Below, in pieces: positions 50,191 to 63,236 of a stretch of 64,000 nt of DNA (positions are counted from its first letter, which is position 1; each line of letters opens with the position of its first letter). Below the pieces are notes generated by a model. The model did not search any database. It saw only the letters and a list, made by a program, of their open reading frames with translations, and was not told the DNA's origin. The DNA lies in NCBI GenBank assembly GCA_030390025.1, contig CM059432.1, forward strand, positions 96,660,001 to 96,724,000, written 5' to 3'. Both the position numbers and the translations under genes were made by a program. This DNA is from Squalus acanthias (taxonomy: Eukaryota).

Positions 50191-53100
50191 GGCCCATAAA
50201 TTCTGATCCCTACGGGTGTGTACGAGCTGTGTACACACCCGTGGGGACCTTGCAAATGCCGGTTTCAGGCATGCGAAGCGCATGCGCTGAAAACCGGCAT
50301 TTCCGATCTGTCAAGAATCCTCTTGACAGATCGCACGCCTGCCCTGGAGAAGGGCCTCTGCAGGTGGAGAGTTTCGCTTTCTGCAGAACCTTCGCCCGCT
50401 GAAAACCCTTAAAAATCTTACGCCTGGTGAAAGCAGGCGTAAGGCCTGCTTTTATCAGCATAAGAGTTTAAAAAAAGTTAAAAAAAAATAAAAATTTTCA
50501 CTCATTTAAAAATACTTTTAAAAACAGTAAGTTTATTTTTAGCCCCATAAAAAACTTTAATTTATTTTCCCAAAAATTACATTTTTGTTTAAAATATTTA
50601 ATTTAATGTAATTTTAACTAATTTTAAAAACGTGATTTAAAAAAAAAAATTATTTAATGTTTTGATGTGTTTTTGGAGTGATCTCCATTGCCCAACAGGG
50701 AAGAGAGAGGGCAAGGAGGTTTTCTGATGTGGAACTGGAGGCCTTGGTCCTGGGAGTTCACAGACGACGTGAGGTCCTCTACCCGCAGTGGGGCAGGAAG
50801 CCTTCCAGGCAGCACACCAGAAGGCAGTGGGAGTAACTAGCACAAGCTGTCAGTGCCACGAGTGATGGCCCCAGGATGTGGATCCAGTGCCGCAAGAAGT
50901 TTAATAACTACACACAAGTGGTCAAGGTGAATGAAAGCATTTTCAAAAGCCATATCCCACCAACTACACCACTAGCCTCACTTACAAATAGCTGATGGTA
51001 TAAACATGCACATCTTGCTTTCTCCCCCTCCCCTCACCACAACCTGACCCTTGTGCCTTTCTCCTTTCAGATACCCAAGAAGTGCCACCAGCCCAGCCAG
51101 TCCTCAATGTTATGGAGGAGGAGAGTGAAGGAGAAGAAGAGGCACTGTCACTCGATCTGACACTCCCAGGCACCAGCTCAGAAAATGGCACTGTGCGAAC
51201 TTTGAGGGTAGTATAGAGGCGGGATCCACACGTGGTGAGTCACCGGGCATGAGTGGATTGCAGCCAGGCAGGGGGAAAGGGTAGCTCGGGTGCCAGCTCC
51301 CTGAAGGGCGAGCTTGCGCACGAGTTCTGCTGCAAGGACTCAGATGATGACTTCGATGGGGCAGGCCTTCAGAAGAAGGGTGATGGGCATGCACACCGAA
51401 ATGCTTGGTGCAATGGCAAGCCTGCCAGAGAGCCTCTTGTCAGTGTCAAGGAGCATGGAGGAGTTCAGCTCCAACATTGCACAGGGTTTTGCGCGGAGCT
51501 TGGAGCCCACGATTTTCAGGATGGAAGTGATGGGCAACTCCATGAGAGAGCTTGTGGACCCAACCATGATTCTGGGTGTGATGAGCTTCTATTTCAGCAT
51601 AAGTGGAAGCAACCCAATGTCTCAGTGCTGCAGTGGAAGCTCAGACCGCTCTCCAGCAATCTCAGCTTGCTGCCACGCAAAATCAGACTGCTGCTATCAT
51701 GGGTGGGTTTATGAGTGTGGAAAGGGGCTTGCAGGGTTTCACACCAGTCCAGCAATCTGTGCTCCAACAGATGGCTAGGAATGCTGAGGCACCACCTTGG
51801 GGGAGTGGCAGTGGCTCCGTGAGGCAAGAAACTGCTGTCCTCTCTCAGGATGACAGCATTCCTACTCCCACCACTGCTACTCGGTCAGTTCCCATGCTGT
51901 TACCTGTCAGCCAGCCAGCCCAGACTGCTGCCGCCCATGCCAAGGTGGTGCAGTCTACAGCCAGGCCTTCTTGGCCCGGAGCTGCTTGAGGTCATCCTGC
52001 AAGGCCATCTGCAGTCTCACCCACAGAACGTCAGCAGCCTTTCACCAGCCATGCTGCAGCCACTGGGATAGCACTTCATAGGAGCACTAGAGAGGGCAAA
52101 GGAACATGAAAGACAGACACTAAGGAAATGCACAAGAGTGATTAGTTGATGTTGTGTAGTATTGGAATTGATAAATTTTTGAATTATGTTTGGAATGTTT
52201 GTTTTGTGGTGACTCTCATTTCAGCTTTGTACCCAAGAAGATGCTGTGATGTTCCGTGACAGATGGATGGTAAGGTGGGGAAGTGGTGAGCAACGAGGAT
52301 CTGGGGTTTCATTCAGGGAAACCGGAGTCTGATGAGGCGCTCATGGACAGCCCATTCCTCCTCCTCCTCCTCCTCCTCCTTCTGGGGTGGTCCCCGAACC
52401 CATGGTGGCAAGGGTTGTGCCCTCATGATGGCCAAGTTGTGGAGGATGCGGCAGACCACCACCAAATGGGATTGGAAGGCTCCTCCCGAGTGGTCAAGGC
52501 AGCAGAACCATTGCTTCAAAACCCCGATGGTCTGGTTGATGAGGTTCCTCGTGGTAGCATGGCTCTCATTATATGAGTGCTGGCCATGAGTGGTGGGCTT
52601 GCGGAGAGGAGACATCTGTCAGGTGTAGAGCGGATAGCCCTTGTCTCTGAGCAGCCACCCTTGGATTTGACATGGTGGCTGGAAGATTGCTGGCACACCA
52701 TACTGGCGCAGGATGAAGGCATCATGACTGCTGCCAGGATACCGGGCATTCACCATCATGATGTTCTGGGCGTGGTCGCACACCAACTGTACATTAAGTG
52801 AGTGGTAGTCTTTGTGGTTGCAGTACATCTTAGGATTGATATGCTGTGCCAACAAAGCCACGTATGTGCAGTCGATGGCACCCTGCACCATGGGTAAGCC
52901 CAAAATCCTGGCAAAGCCACATGCGTGCTCCTATTTTTCTCTGTTCAGAGAGAAGACAATGATGTCCCTTCTCTTGGAATATAGAGCCTCTGTGACCTCT
53001 CGGATGCAGCAATGGACAGCGAACTGGGAGATGTTAGCTATGTCCCCTGCTGCAGACTGGAAGGATCCGGTGGCGAAAAAATTGAGTGTAACGGTGACCT

Positions 53101-53869
53101 TGAGGGCCACTGGCAGCGCCGCCATTGCCCTGCTCTGAGGCTGCAGGCCTGGTTCCAACAGGTGGCAGAGTTCTGTGACCACTTCCTTGGTGAAGCAGAT
53201 CCTCGAAATACACTGCTCCTGGCTTAAGTTCAGGTAGGAGAAGCGTTCCCTGAAGACCCTAGGTGGGTAAGGCCTCCTGCTGAGAGCCCTCCTGCCCCAT
53301 CTCCTCCTCCCTCTACAAGCAGCTTGTCCTCTTCTTGGCTGCCTCTGCTGCATCTCCCTGTCGTACTTGAGCACGAAGGAGACTGCAAGTAGAGCTCCCA
53401 TGATTGGGAGCAAGTGGAGTGAGCAGAACACTTTAAATCAGAAGCAAGGCATTCTCCACTTGCAGCAACACTCCCTGTCACCTCACCAATTTTAAATAAC
53501 TGTAGAAAGCTACAAACAGTTGCACAAACTTACACAGAGCTAGTGCAAATCAAAAAGCAAGTCAGCTGCAAGTTGTTGCTGAACCCTTTAAATAGCGCTG
53601 GTGGAGGGTTGGGTGTCCTTCCTGCTGCTGAATGCATGTTCATCTGGTCGTGATTTGGAGAGGGCGTTGAATGGAGCAGCGACTTTGAAAATGGCAGGTC
53701 GTGCATCAAATCAAATCAGCGTGCACACTGCCTCATTACCATTTCTCCAGTAAGCATGAAATGGTGGTCGCTGTGGGACCCACCGGAAGAGGGCGGAAGC
53801 AAGGCAGCCGCTATTTTTTCTTGGAAACCGGCCTTATCAGCCGGCACTAAGGTGTCGAATTTCATGGAC
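50191..53869. mobile_element. Decayed, possibly chimeric Harbinger element with Myb (+, ~50700-52110) and transposase (-)
   Basis: Left end GGCCCATAAATTC with hairpin array. Myb remnant RARRFSDVELEAL..WIQCRKKFN. Right end GAATTTCATGGAC. Confidence 0.8.
52313..53402 (-). pseudogene. HARBI1-type transposase, frameshifted
   Basis: RPYPPRVFRERFSYL, LNFFATGSFQ, GAIDCTYV, PGSSHDAFIL, WLLRDKGYPL, HATTRNLINQTIGVLK (the conserved E is absent). Confidence 0.9.
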
Positions 53870-54121
53870 TAAATTGACTAAATCATGGTTGAGATGGATA
53901 TTAAGGCCCAGAAATTCGTGAACGCCACAAAATCTGCTGGTGCCACCGCGGGCGTATGTTAACAAACGCCAAAAATGGTGACGCTGGCAGGACCGAAAAA
54001 TTGGCGCTGGGGACTAAGTAACATTAGCCCAGTGCTAAACTCACTGTGCAACACTGTCCTGGTGGCGTTCGACCTGGCAGGAGGTCCCAATGTAGTGTGG
54101 CTGTAGCGTCATTGCAGCTAG

Positions 54122-55915
54122 AACAACCCCAGCTGGGCATGAGGTTGAAAAGGCCATCCGACAACTGAAGAACAACAAGGCCACAGGAGCAGATGGAATC
54201 CCCGCCGAGGTGCTAAAACATGGCGGAGAAGCACGATTGGCGCGAATACATGAACTCATTTCTCTTATTTGGAAGGAGGAGAGCATGCCAGGGGACCTCA
54301 GAGACGCTGTAATCGTCTTCAAGAAAGGTGACAAGTTCGATTGCGGTAATTACAGAGGAGTCTCCCTGCTGTCTGCCACAGGGAAAGTCACCGCAAGAAT
54401 CCTCCTCAATTGCCTTCTCCCAGTGGCTGAAGAGCTCCTCCCAGAGTTGCAATGTTGATTCCACCCACTAAGGGGCACAATGGACATGATCTTCACCGCG
54501 CGTCAACTACAAGAGAAATGCAGGGAACAGTACCAACCGCTGTACATGACCTTCTTTGACCTCACAAAGGCCTTCGACACCGTCAACCGTGAGGGATTAT
54601 GGAGTGTCCTCCTCAAATTCGGCTGCCCTCAAAAGTTTGTCACCATCCTCTGCCTGCTTCACGACGACATGCAAGCCGTGATCCTGACCAACGGATCCAC
54701 CACAGACCCAATTCACGTAAGGACCGGGGTCAAGCAAGGCTGTGTCATCGCACCAATGCTCTTCTCGATCTTCCTGGCTGCAATGCTCCATCTCACCCTC
54801 AGTAAGCTCTCCACTGGAGTGGAGCTAATCTACAGAACAAACGGAAACTGTTCAACCTCCACCGCCTCCAGTCCAGATCCAAGGTCGTCTCATCCTCTGT
54901 CATCGAATTACAGTATGCAGACGACGCTTGCATCTGCGCACACTCTGAGGCCGAATTCCAAACCATCGTCAACACCTTCACAGAAGCGTACGAGAGCATG
55001 GGCCTTACAATAAACATCTGTAAGACAAAGGTCCTCTACCAACCTGCCCCCGCCACACAGTACTGCTCCCTGATTATCAAAATCCATGACAAGGCCTTGG
55101 ACAACGTGGACCACTTTCCATACCTCAGGAGCCTACTGTCAACAAAGGCAGACGTTGATGACGAAGTCCAACACCGCCTTCATTGTGCCAGTGTAGCCTT
55201 CGGTCGCCTGAGGAAGAGAGTGTTTGAAGACCAGGACCTCAAATCCAGCACCAAGCTCATGGTCTACAGAGCAGTAGTGATACCCGCCCTCCTGTATGCT
55301 TCAGAGACATGGACCATGTACAGCAGGCACCTCAAAGCACTGGAGAGGTACCACCGATGCTGCCTCCGCAAGATCCTGCAAAGCCATTGGCAGGATAGGC
55401 GCACCAACGTCAGTGTTCTCGCTCAGGCCAACATCCCCAGCATCGAAGCTTTGACCACGTTCGATCAGCTCCGATGGACGGGCCACATCGTCCGCATGCC
55501 CGATACGAGACTCCCAAAACAAGCGCTCTACTCAGAGCTCTGACACGGCAAGAGAGCCCTGGGTGGGCAGAGGAAACGCTTCAAGGACACCCTCAAAGCC
55601 TCCTTGAAAAAATGCAACATCCCTACCGACACCTGGGAATCCCTAGCCCAAGACCGCACAAAGTGAAGGAGAAGCATTAGGGAAGGCACCGAACACCTCG
55701 AGTCTCTTCACCGGGAGCAAGCGGAAGCCAAGCGCAAACAGCGGAAGGAGCGCACGTCAACCCAAGCACCCCACCCACCCGTCCTTCAACCACTGTCTGC
55801 CCCACCTGTGACAGAGACTGTAGGTCCCGCATTGGACTCATCAGTCACCTGAAAACTAATTTTTAGTGTGGAAGCAATTCATCCCCGGTTCCGAGGGACT
55901 GCCTAAGAAGAAGAA
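54122..55915 (+). mobile_element. 5'-truncated RTE-clade LINE (RT pseudogene)
   Basis: NKATGADGIPAE, GNYRGVSLLS, FFDLTKAFDTV, GVKQGCVIAP, QYADD (~54911-54925), DHFPYL; (AAG)n tail; one stop and a frameshift. Confidence 0.92.
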
Positions 55916-57267
55916 AAACAGCCTGCTCTGAAAGCTAGGCTGTCATTTCAGAAAGCAGTGTCATTCTCTTAAAGGAGAACTGCCTTCTGAAATGAAAAAA
56001 AATCATGTAAAAATCGGCAGTTTTTAGCCCGTACAGCTCAACTGCCTTCTGATGAAAAATTCATTGAAAGAATTCCCAAATGGGAGTCTTTCGCTCTTAA
56101 AGCTGAATTGCCTTCTGCACCTAAAGAAATGAGAAAAATGTTTCAGCACTAACACAAATGGCTCAACAAGCCAGGGAAGGGGTACCCAGGGTCTCACACA
56201 CAGCACTCCAGCTTTGTGCAGGGGGTCAACACTGCAAGAGAGGTCCAGATTACCGAGGCCGTCATTGCCAGCACAACCTGACTTCAGTGCCCAAAGAAGC
56301 TTCATGACCTCAGTGGTCAAGGTCAGTGAATGCATCTTCAAAAGCCATCTCCTACCAACTGCACCACTAGCCTCACATACTCCCGCGCCCCCCCCCCCGC
56401 CCCAATCACTCACAAACCAACAATCTGTCGTAAACACGAGGCACACCTCCCATTCCTAGCTTCACCTCACCTCCTTGGAGGAGATGCTGCAGGCCATTCT
56501 TGGCAGGAGCATGACTGAGCCCTTGACCAGCGGTGGGGCTGAAAGGATACAAGATTCTGGTATCCTCATACGTTGGCCTCCTTCTCACATGCACAACTTG
56601 CTTTCCCTCCCTCCCCTCACCATAACTCCACTCTTGTGCCTTTCTCATTTCACACACCCAAGAATTGCAGCCTGCCCAGCCAGTGGTTGACCAAGAAGAG
56701 GGAGAGGAGAATGAAGGAGAAGAAGAACAAGAAACATTGTCACGCAATTTCACACTCCCAGCCACCAGCTCCTCAAGGTCTACCAGCAAGACCATTTGCA
56801 GTGTCCCCTATTGAAAGTCAGCAGCCTTCCACCAGCCATGCTGTAGCCACTGGGGTAGCACTGCGTAACATCAGTAGGATAGGCAAAGGCACACACAAGA
56901 CAGTCACTAAGGGAATGCATAAGAGTGTTGAGTTGATTTCTTGATGTCATATTGGATGGATAGATATATAAAGTTGTATTGGAAAGTTTGCTTTGTGATG
57001 GCTTTTATTTCAGCATTATGGCCAAGAGGATGCTGTGATGGTCAGTAACAGAGGGAAGGTAAGGTGTTGGGCAAATGTTGAAAGGGGAATTGGGGTTGTG
57101 GTCATTGGTACCGCAGGCGGATGATTCCATCCGGATATCCCGGCCAGAAAGGGGCTGTCTGGGTTGCATTCTTCCTTCTGTTTCCTCCTCTTCTGCATCT
57201 TCCTCTTCTGCATCTTCCTCTTCTGCGTCTTCCTCTTCTATGTCTTCATCTTCCCTCTGCGTGCGGA

Positions 57268-57392
57268 TGCTGTAAATCTGAAATAAAAGCAGAAAATGCT
57301 GGAAATACTCAGCAGGTCAGGCAGCATCTCGACCTGAGACGTGAACTCTGTTTCTCTCTCCACAGATGCTGAGTATTTCCAGCATTTTCTGT
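57268..57392. repeat. Short self-inverted repeat, possibly a Penelope-like terminal remnant
   Basis: CAGAAAATGCTGGAAATACTCAGCA ... TGCTGAGTATTTCCAGCATTTTCTG, a 25-bp perfect inverted pair. Degenerate relatives at ~11230-11360 and ~16125-16215. Confidence 0.55.
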
Positions 57393-57794
57393 CTTCTCAG
57401 GAGCCTTCCTTTGCCATCTGAGGCCTTGCAAGCATCCAGTTGCACTCCCTGCACACTTAAGTTTTTTTTAACATGCATTGCACCAAGCCACTACTTCAAT
57501 AAAATGTAAAAAATTTAGTCCAAAAGCTTAAATGCAAACTTACCTGAAAGATGTGTGTATCCCCTTTAGAGGTGCTGACAGTGTCTCTGTCAGTCTGCTG
57601 CATGCTCCCTTTTCAGAGCGAGCTTAGGACCCAGTGCTGAATTCAGCGCTAAGGTTGAAGTTCGCAGAGGTGACATTAAATTGGCGTTGCACGCACTAGA
57701 GAAGGGCGCTAGAGTGGCAGCACAAACGGGTGGCTGTAAGTAGTCCAATTTCTGGGCCTAAAAATCCTATAGCACTGTTTGAAAATCTACTCTT

Positions 57795-58358
57795 GGGAGT
57801 GTGCTGTAGTGTCGTAGCTGCCATCTTTTGGATGAGATATTAAACTGAAGCCCATCTGCCCTCTCAGGTGGATGTAAAAGGTCCTACACCACCATCCAAA
57901 AAAGAGCAGTGGAGTTCTCCAAGTGTGCTGGCCAATATTTATCCCTGAATCCACATCAATAAAACAGATTAACTGGTCATTTATTTCATTTCTGTTTGTG
58001 GAAATTGTTGGGTGTGCAAATTGATTACTGCATTTGCAACATTACAGCAGTGACTACCTTCAAAAGTACTTTATTGGTTGTGAAGCACATAGGGACATCC
58101 TGAGATTGTCAAAGGTGCTATATAAATGCACAGTATTGTATTTTTTCTTGGTGTCCTGCACAACCTTTTTTCTTTTCATTTAGAACATTACAAACAAACT
58201 GGCTATTCATCTCTGTTGTTTGTTGGATCTTGCTTTGTGCAAAATGGCTGCTGCTACATAACAAAAGTTACTTCAAAGTAATTTATTGCATGTTTATTTA
58301 TTGAGATGTTTTTCAGAGACATGATAAGGTTTTATATAAATGCAATTCTTTCTTTCTT
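57795..58358 (+). mobile_element. Degenerate Deu-SINE body followed by a second partial 3' copy
   Basis: GGATGAGATATTAAAC..CCCTCTCAGGTGGATGTAAAAG and GCTATATAAATGCA tail; a second tail at ~58333-58358. Confidence 0.7.
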
Positions 58359-58773
58359 TAAGTACATAGATAGATAATGGTGATTCTGATAATTAAGAAC
58401 ATGAATGCACTCAGTGCAAAAATGCTTCCTGGACAAAAGAAATGCAAAGGCAATTGTGGTAAGATTTGAATTTGAACATTTGTATTAGTTTGACAGTACA
58501 AAAAAATATTTTTTTTGCACTACAATAATGTTACTAATACACGTCTATCCAAACACATTGTCCCTGTCAAAAAAGATTGTTAGTCACAGAAGTGCTCAGA
58601 ATTGTAAACAACCATAGAAAAAGAAATATTGAAATCAAAAGTACTTCAAAAAAAGGTTAAATACAGCACAATGTAAAATGCAAATCAATAGTAGAGGATA
58701 GCAGACCACTTCAAAAATATCTTTCAAGGTTTAAAAAGTTGATAGTCAAACTGTTTAATCTCCAGAGCAAGGA

Positions 58774-60386
58774 TGTAAGGGGTGACACGCCTGTGGCTCT
58801 GTGCTTAGCCTGGGTGCTAGTGCGAGGTTAGGCCTTGTTACCTGTTCTGGTCTCCAGCCAGCCTGGTAACACTAGACACCTGTGAGTGGTTCGACCCACT
58901 CGCCCTTACGGTTCTGACACTGGACTTAGGTGCGAGAGCAATAATGCAGAGAAAACTCAGGTAGACCCGGTTGAATAGTGCGAAATGGAAAATCTTTATT
59001 GCATATTATTCAAGATTATGAAATACATGTCATAAGCACAGATTAATGACAGTACAATCTTACACGCAGTTATGTAGCTAATTTTAGGGAAACGAGGAGC
59101 GCACGACACATCGTAAAAGGGGGCACACATTACAATTATCCTTAAAACTTAAATCCTCCCCTATCAATACCTGTTCTAAACTAGATTTGTAGGATCGAGA
59201 CTCATGCTCACCACTCGTGATAACTCGGAGAATTTCGAAACTCTGCTCGGATGTTTTTACCGCAGCACCTGACCACCCACGTGTTGATCAGGGGTCTCTG
59301 TACCCCACTTGTTTACTCGTTTCTGCTCCGGCTAGCAGGCTGGACCGTCTGCTGTCATGAAGATCTGTGTTGTCCTCGGAGTTCCGACACGACTCAAAAA
59401 ATAGTCTTCCTGTGCCCTCGCACCGATGCGATAAAACTCGAAGAATGGTCTTCCTGGGCAAGGAAAGTGTTTATTCGACCTACAGGCGCGGTCGGGGCTT
59501 ACTGACCATGGCGATACGTATGGTCGTCTTCTTCTCTTCTCATCTCATCTCATCTCATCTCGGGCCTTCGGTTCCAACACCGTTTACCGACTTCTCGGGA
59601 TGGTGTGCCCGTTTCAAGGCTTCACAGCCCAGTTCTTCACAGATCTTCGCGGCAAGCCACGAGGTTGATCCTGGAGGATCAGAAAGTTCAATAGTCTTCT
59701 AGCAAGTCGAGCAGCAAGAGTCAGGATCCAAGAGTCAAGAGGCAAGAGCAAGAGACAGATGGACGGTTGTACCTTACAGTTATAGTGCTGTAATTCCTCT
59801 TTTCCCGCCCAATCTTAATGTCTTTGTTTTGTCAAGGTTTTGGCGCTTAAACTTCTTGTATAGGGTGATCTCCGTTTAATGGGTTTCGGTGATACTTGTA
59901 ACTGCCTGAGTACCCGTTAATACTTCTCCCATTGTGGAACCGGTCAGTATTCTCCCTGGAGGGCTTTTGGGGCTTCCAAATGTTTTCTGTAACTACCCGC
60001 AAATGGCTCTCTCATCGTAGAGTCGTGGGGATTTTGCATATTAATGTCTTTGGATGGGTTCTTGATCGCTCGGTACAATAGCCCTTATTCGCACCTGGGA
60101 GACCGATTCCAGTATTTATGTGTAAAATGCAAACCCATTATGTCTTGTGAAATATCTCAAATGTGCTGAGTCTTGTCCGATCTCGTACAAATGTTTATTG
60201 GAACGCCATCTTGTCTGCTTATTGAAAAGTCTAGAACATTCTGCCACGAGGCGTGGCGGCCATTTTACAGGCTGCTTGTGTCCACTTTGAAAACCTGACA
60301 GCATTCTGCTGAAATAAAGCTGTTTGTATGAAACTATGTGTCTCCTCCTTATTATATAAAATCGCGATAATTTTGCGAATTCTACA
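58774..60386 (-). mobile_element. Solo LTR, 1613 bp
   Basis: TGTAAG..TCTACA termini with AGGA TSD on both sides; AATAAA on minus near 58995-59000; no long ORF. Confidence 0.8.
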
Positions 60387-60599
60387 AGGAACACAACACT
60401 TTGACAACTGAGTCTGCTGCTGAAACTTCTAAATGATTATAAATAATGTCTGATGTCTCTTTTCCTCATAAATAAATAATATCAATAAAGCAATGCCCAC
60501 AAATTCTCTGTATAATGCATTTCGACAATAGTTCGTAAATGTGCGCAAATTATCAGGTTTAAATATTTGCTATGCTTCATATAAATAAGTTACTCGTTC

Positions 60600-61240
60600 T
60601 ATGGTTAAGAAGGCATATGGGATACTTTCCTTTATTAGCTGAGGCATAAAATATAAGAGCAGGGAGGTTATGCTTGAACTGTATAAAACACTAGTGAGGC
60701 CACAGCTAGAGTACTGCGTACAGTTCTGGTCATCACATTACAGGAAGGAGGAGATTGCATTAGAGAGGATACAGAGGAGATTTACAAGGATGTTGCATTT
60801 TAGCTATGAGGAAAGATTGGATAGGTTGGGGTTATTTTCTTTGGAAAAGAGGAAACTGAGGGGAGACTTAATTGAGGTGTATAAAATTATGAGGGACCTA
60901 GATAGAGTGGATAGGAAGGACCTATTTCCTTTGCAGAGAGATCAATAACCAGGGGGCATAGATTTAAAGTAATTGGTAGAAGGATTAGAGGGAAGTTGAG
61001 GAGAACATTTTCACCCAGAGGGTGGTAGGGGTCTGGAACTCACTCCCTGAAAAGGTGGTAGAGGCAGAAACACTCATCACATTTAAAAAGTACTTAGATA
61101 TGCACATGAAGTGCTGTAACTTACAAGGCTACGGACCAAGAGCTGGAAAGTGGGTTAGGCTGGATAGCTCTTTTTCGGTCGGCACAGACACGATGGGCTG
61201 AATGGTCTCCTTCTGTGCCGTAAATTTCTATGATTCTATG
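60600..61240 (+). mobile_element. CR1 LINE 3' end
   Basis: LELYKTLVRPQLEYCVQFWS..YEERLDRLGLFSLEKRKLRGDL; TTCTATGATTCTATG tail. Confidence 0.9.
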
Positions 61241-63236
61241 TGCTCTGGAGTAATGTAATCATTAAAAAGATCTGCAGTTTATACAAAGTCTACATTCCAA
61301 TTTGGAGCCTTTCCTACAAATCCAAATCTAATTATTCACTCAAATGGCAAATCAGGCATCTGCACAGAGAGAAAAAAATGAAAGAATGACAGAGATAATA
61401 AGGGGAGACATACTGCCACCTGATAGACACAAGATTCAAGGTTCACAGTATTGACTGCTTCACAGCAGCATGAGGATCATAAATCTCTGGTAGAATCCTC
61501 CACAGAGTCATTTCTGGCAGTGCCATACAAGTGGAAGGGTCTACCAACATTGACCAAGGACCACATCAACCACCATTGATCAATATTGGCCATTCAACAT
61601 CCTACCTATTACACCCAGGGCACACTGAAGTAGACCAATTGTACGCGTCACATGAAAGAGCAAAATATTCATGCTACTGTTCAGTTATGTCAAAGTGCAA
61701 TTTACTGTGACAGCCACAGTGCATAATATCGAGCAATTTGGCTGACTACAACAACAAAACAACTTCTATTTATATAGCGCCTTTAACATAGTAAAACATC
61801 CCAAGGCACGTCACAGTAGCGTTCTAAAACAAAATTTGACAGTAAACCTTAATAGAACAGCTTTAATATCCACAAAATGGGGAGAAATGAGCAGGACTCC
61901 TCCTCATAGCTCCCTCCTCCTCATAGCCATTCAGTGCTCCCTTGAGCCTTCTAACAGTCTCTGGGGATTGTGGGCTAGCACCAGGATTTGCTAAGGCCGG
62001 TGAGCCATCAAATATATAATTAGATGTCATGGAAGAACCATCAAGTGATGGGCCCTCCCAAAGCGCTACATAGAGTATTCTGTAAAATAAATTGATAAGA
62101 ACACAGTGATAAATATTTATTTTATATATATATATATGACATCCTCGGAATGTGGAAGGTGTAGCATGCCTGAATACGGTTTGGTTTAACATTGTTTAAT
62201 ACAGGTCAGAGCATTCTCTGATGATGAGAATGCATCCCTTGTGAGGAGTTGGTTGCAGAGAAGGTTAGTGTTCCTGCCATGCCATATCATAGCACCCAAG
62301 AGAGCTAAATTCAGCAGACATTAACCTTGACATTTGCAATGAGGACCTCCTGACCACAGAAATGACATTGTCCTGCTCTGCCATGTCTTCCTGCAGATTG
62401 GATCAGCTCCCTTGGGATGATGGTGCCTCTCCAACCCAAAGATAGCAACCCACCTTGCTATACCTTCTGTGACCATTACCTCCATTGCTCTTTCTGAAAT
62501 GGAAGCAGTCCTTCATTATCCCTGGACCCTTGCTGCTCCTCTGACATGTTCATAAATTCAACCAAAACCAATTGCAAAATTATTTAATTTAGTGGCACAT
62601 GACATACAGATGCATCTTAAAGGAGCAGCACCTGTTTTATACTCAAACACTAGGGCATAGAAATTTGTCTCGGAGGTTCGGGGGGGGGGGGGTGCAAAAC
62701 GGGCTGCAATGGAACTAAATATCAGGCGCTGCGCATAACAGGCGTCCGATCTGATATTGCCTGTTGTGCGCCACAGCCTGAGATGAATTTCTAGCCCTAG
62801 ATATCCTGTCCCCTTGGCCTTTATGTTCCCAGTGCATGGCCAATCAGTGCTGGAAATACTGCATAGTTACTTAAATAAAGGGACCTAGAAAAATACTGGG
62901 AAGTTTCCGCTACATACCCATGGGGGCTAATTTTGACTTTGTGCGATAGTGTAAAACTGGAGATAGTGAATCGGCAGTCCGTTTTACATCAATCCCGCTT
63001 TTTATTTTTAATGGCTTCACAAAAATGTCAAAATTACTCCCAAGGTGCTGCTGCACGGCAAGCAGAAAATCTGCAAGAAATATATTATGCAGAGAACTAA
63101 TGCTTTCAACTGCAGTCTCTAGGAGATGAATGACTGGGCCCAATGTAGTGAGGCCACTGTAGAGGTGATGTTAATGACCACGTATAGATATCCAACATAA
63201 ATGTATTTTGTACTGTGCATTGTAGTTAGACATGTT

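Larger units (their letters stand above)
53905..57758. mobile_element. Non-autonomous Harbinger element hosting an RTE LINE
   Basis: Perfect 12-bp TIR GGCCCAGAAATT / AATTTCTGGGCC with TAA TSD. Internal 56150-57100 resembles a deleted version of 50900-52300. Confidence 0.85.

Noticed and set aside
46643..53431. Domesticated host HARBI1 or NAIF1/MSANTD genes
   Set aside because: Multiple frameshifts, enclosure by TIRs and multicopy status indicate transposon copies.
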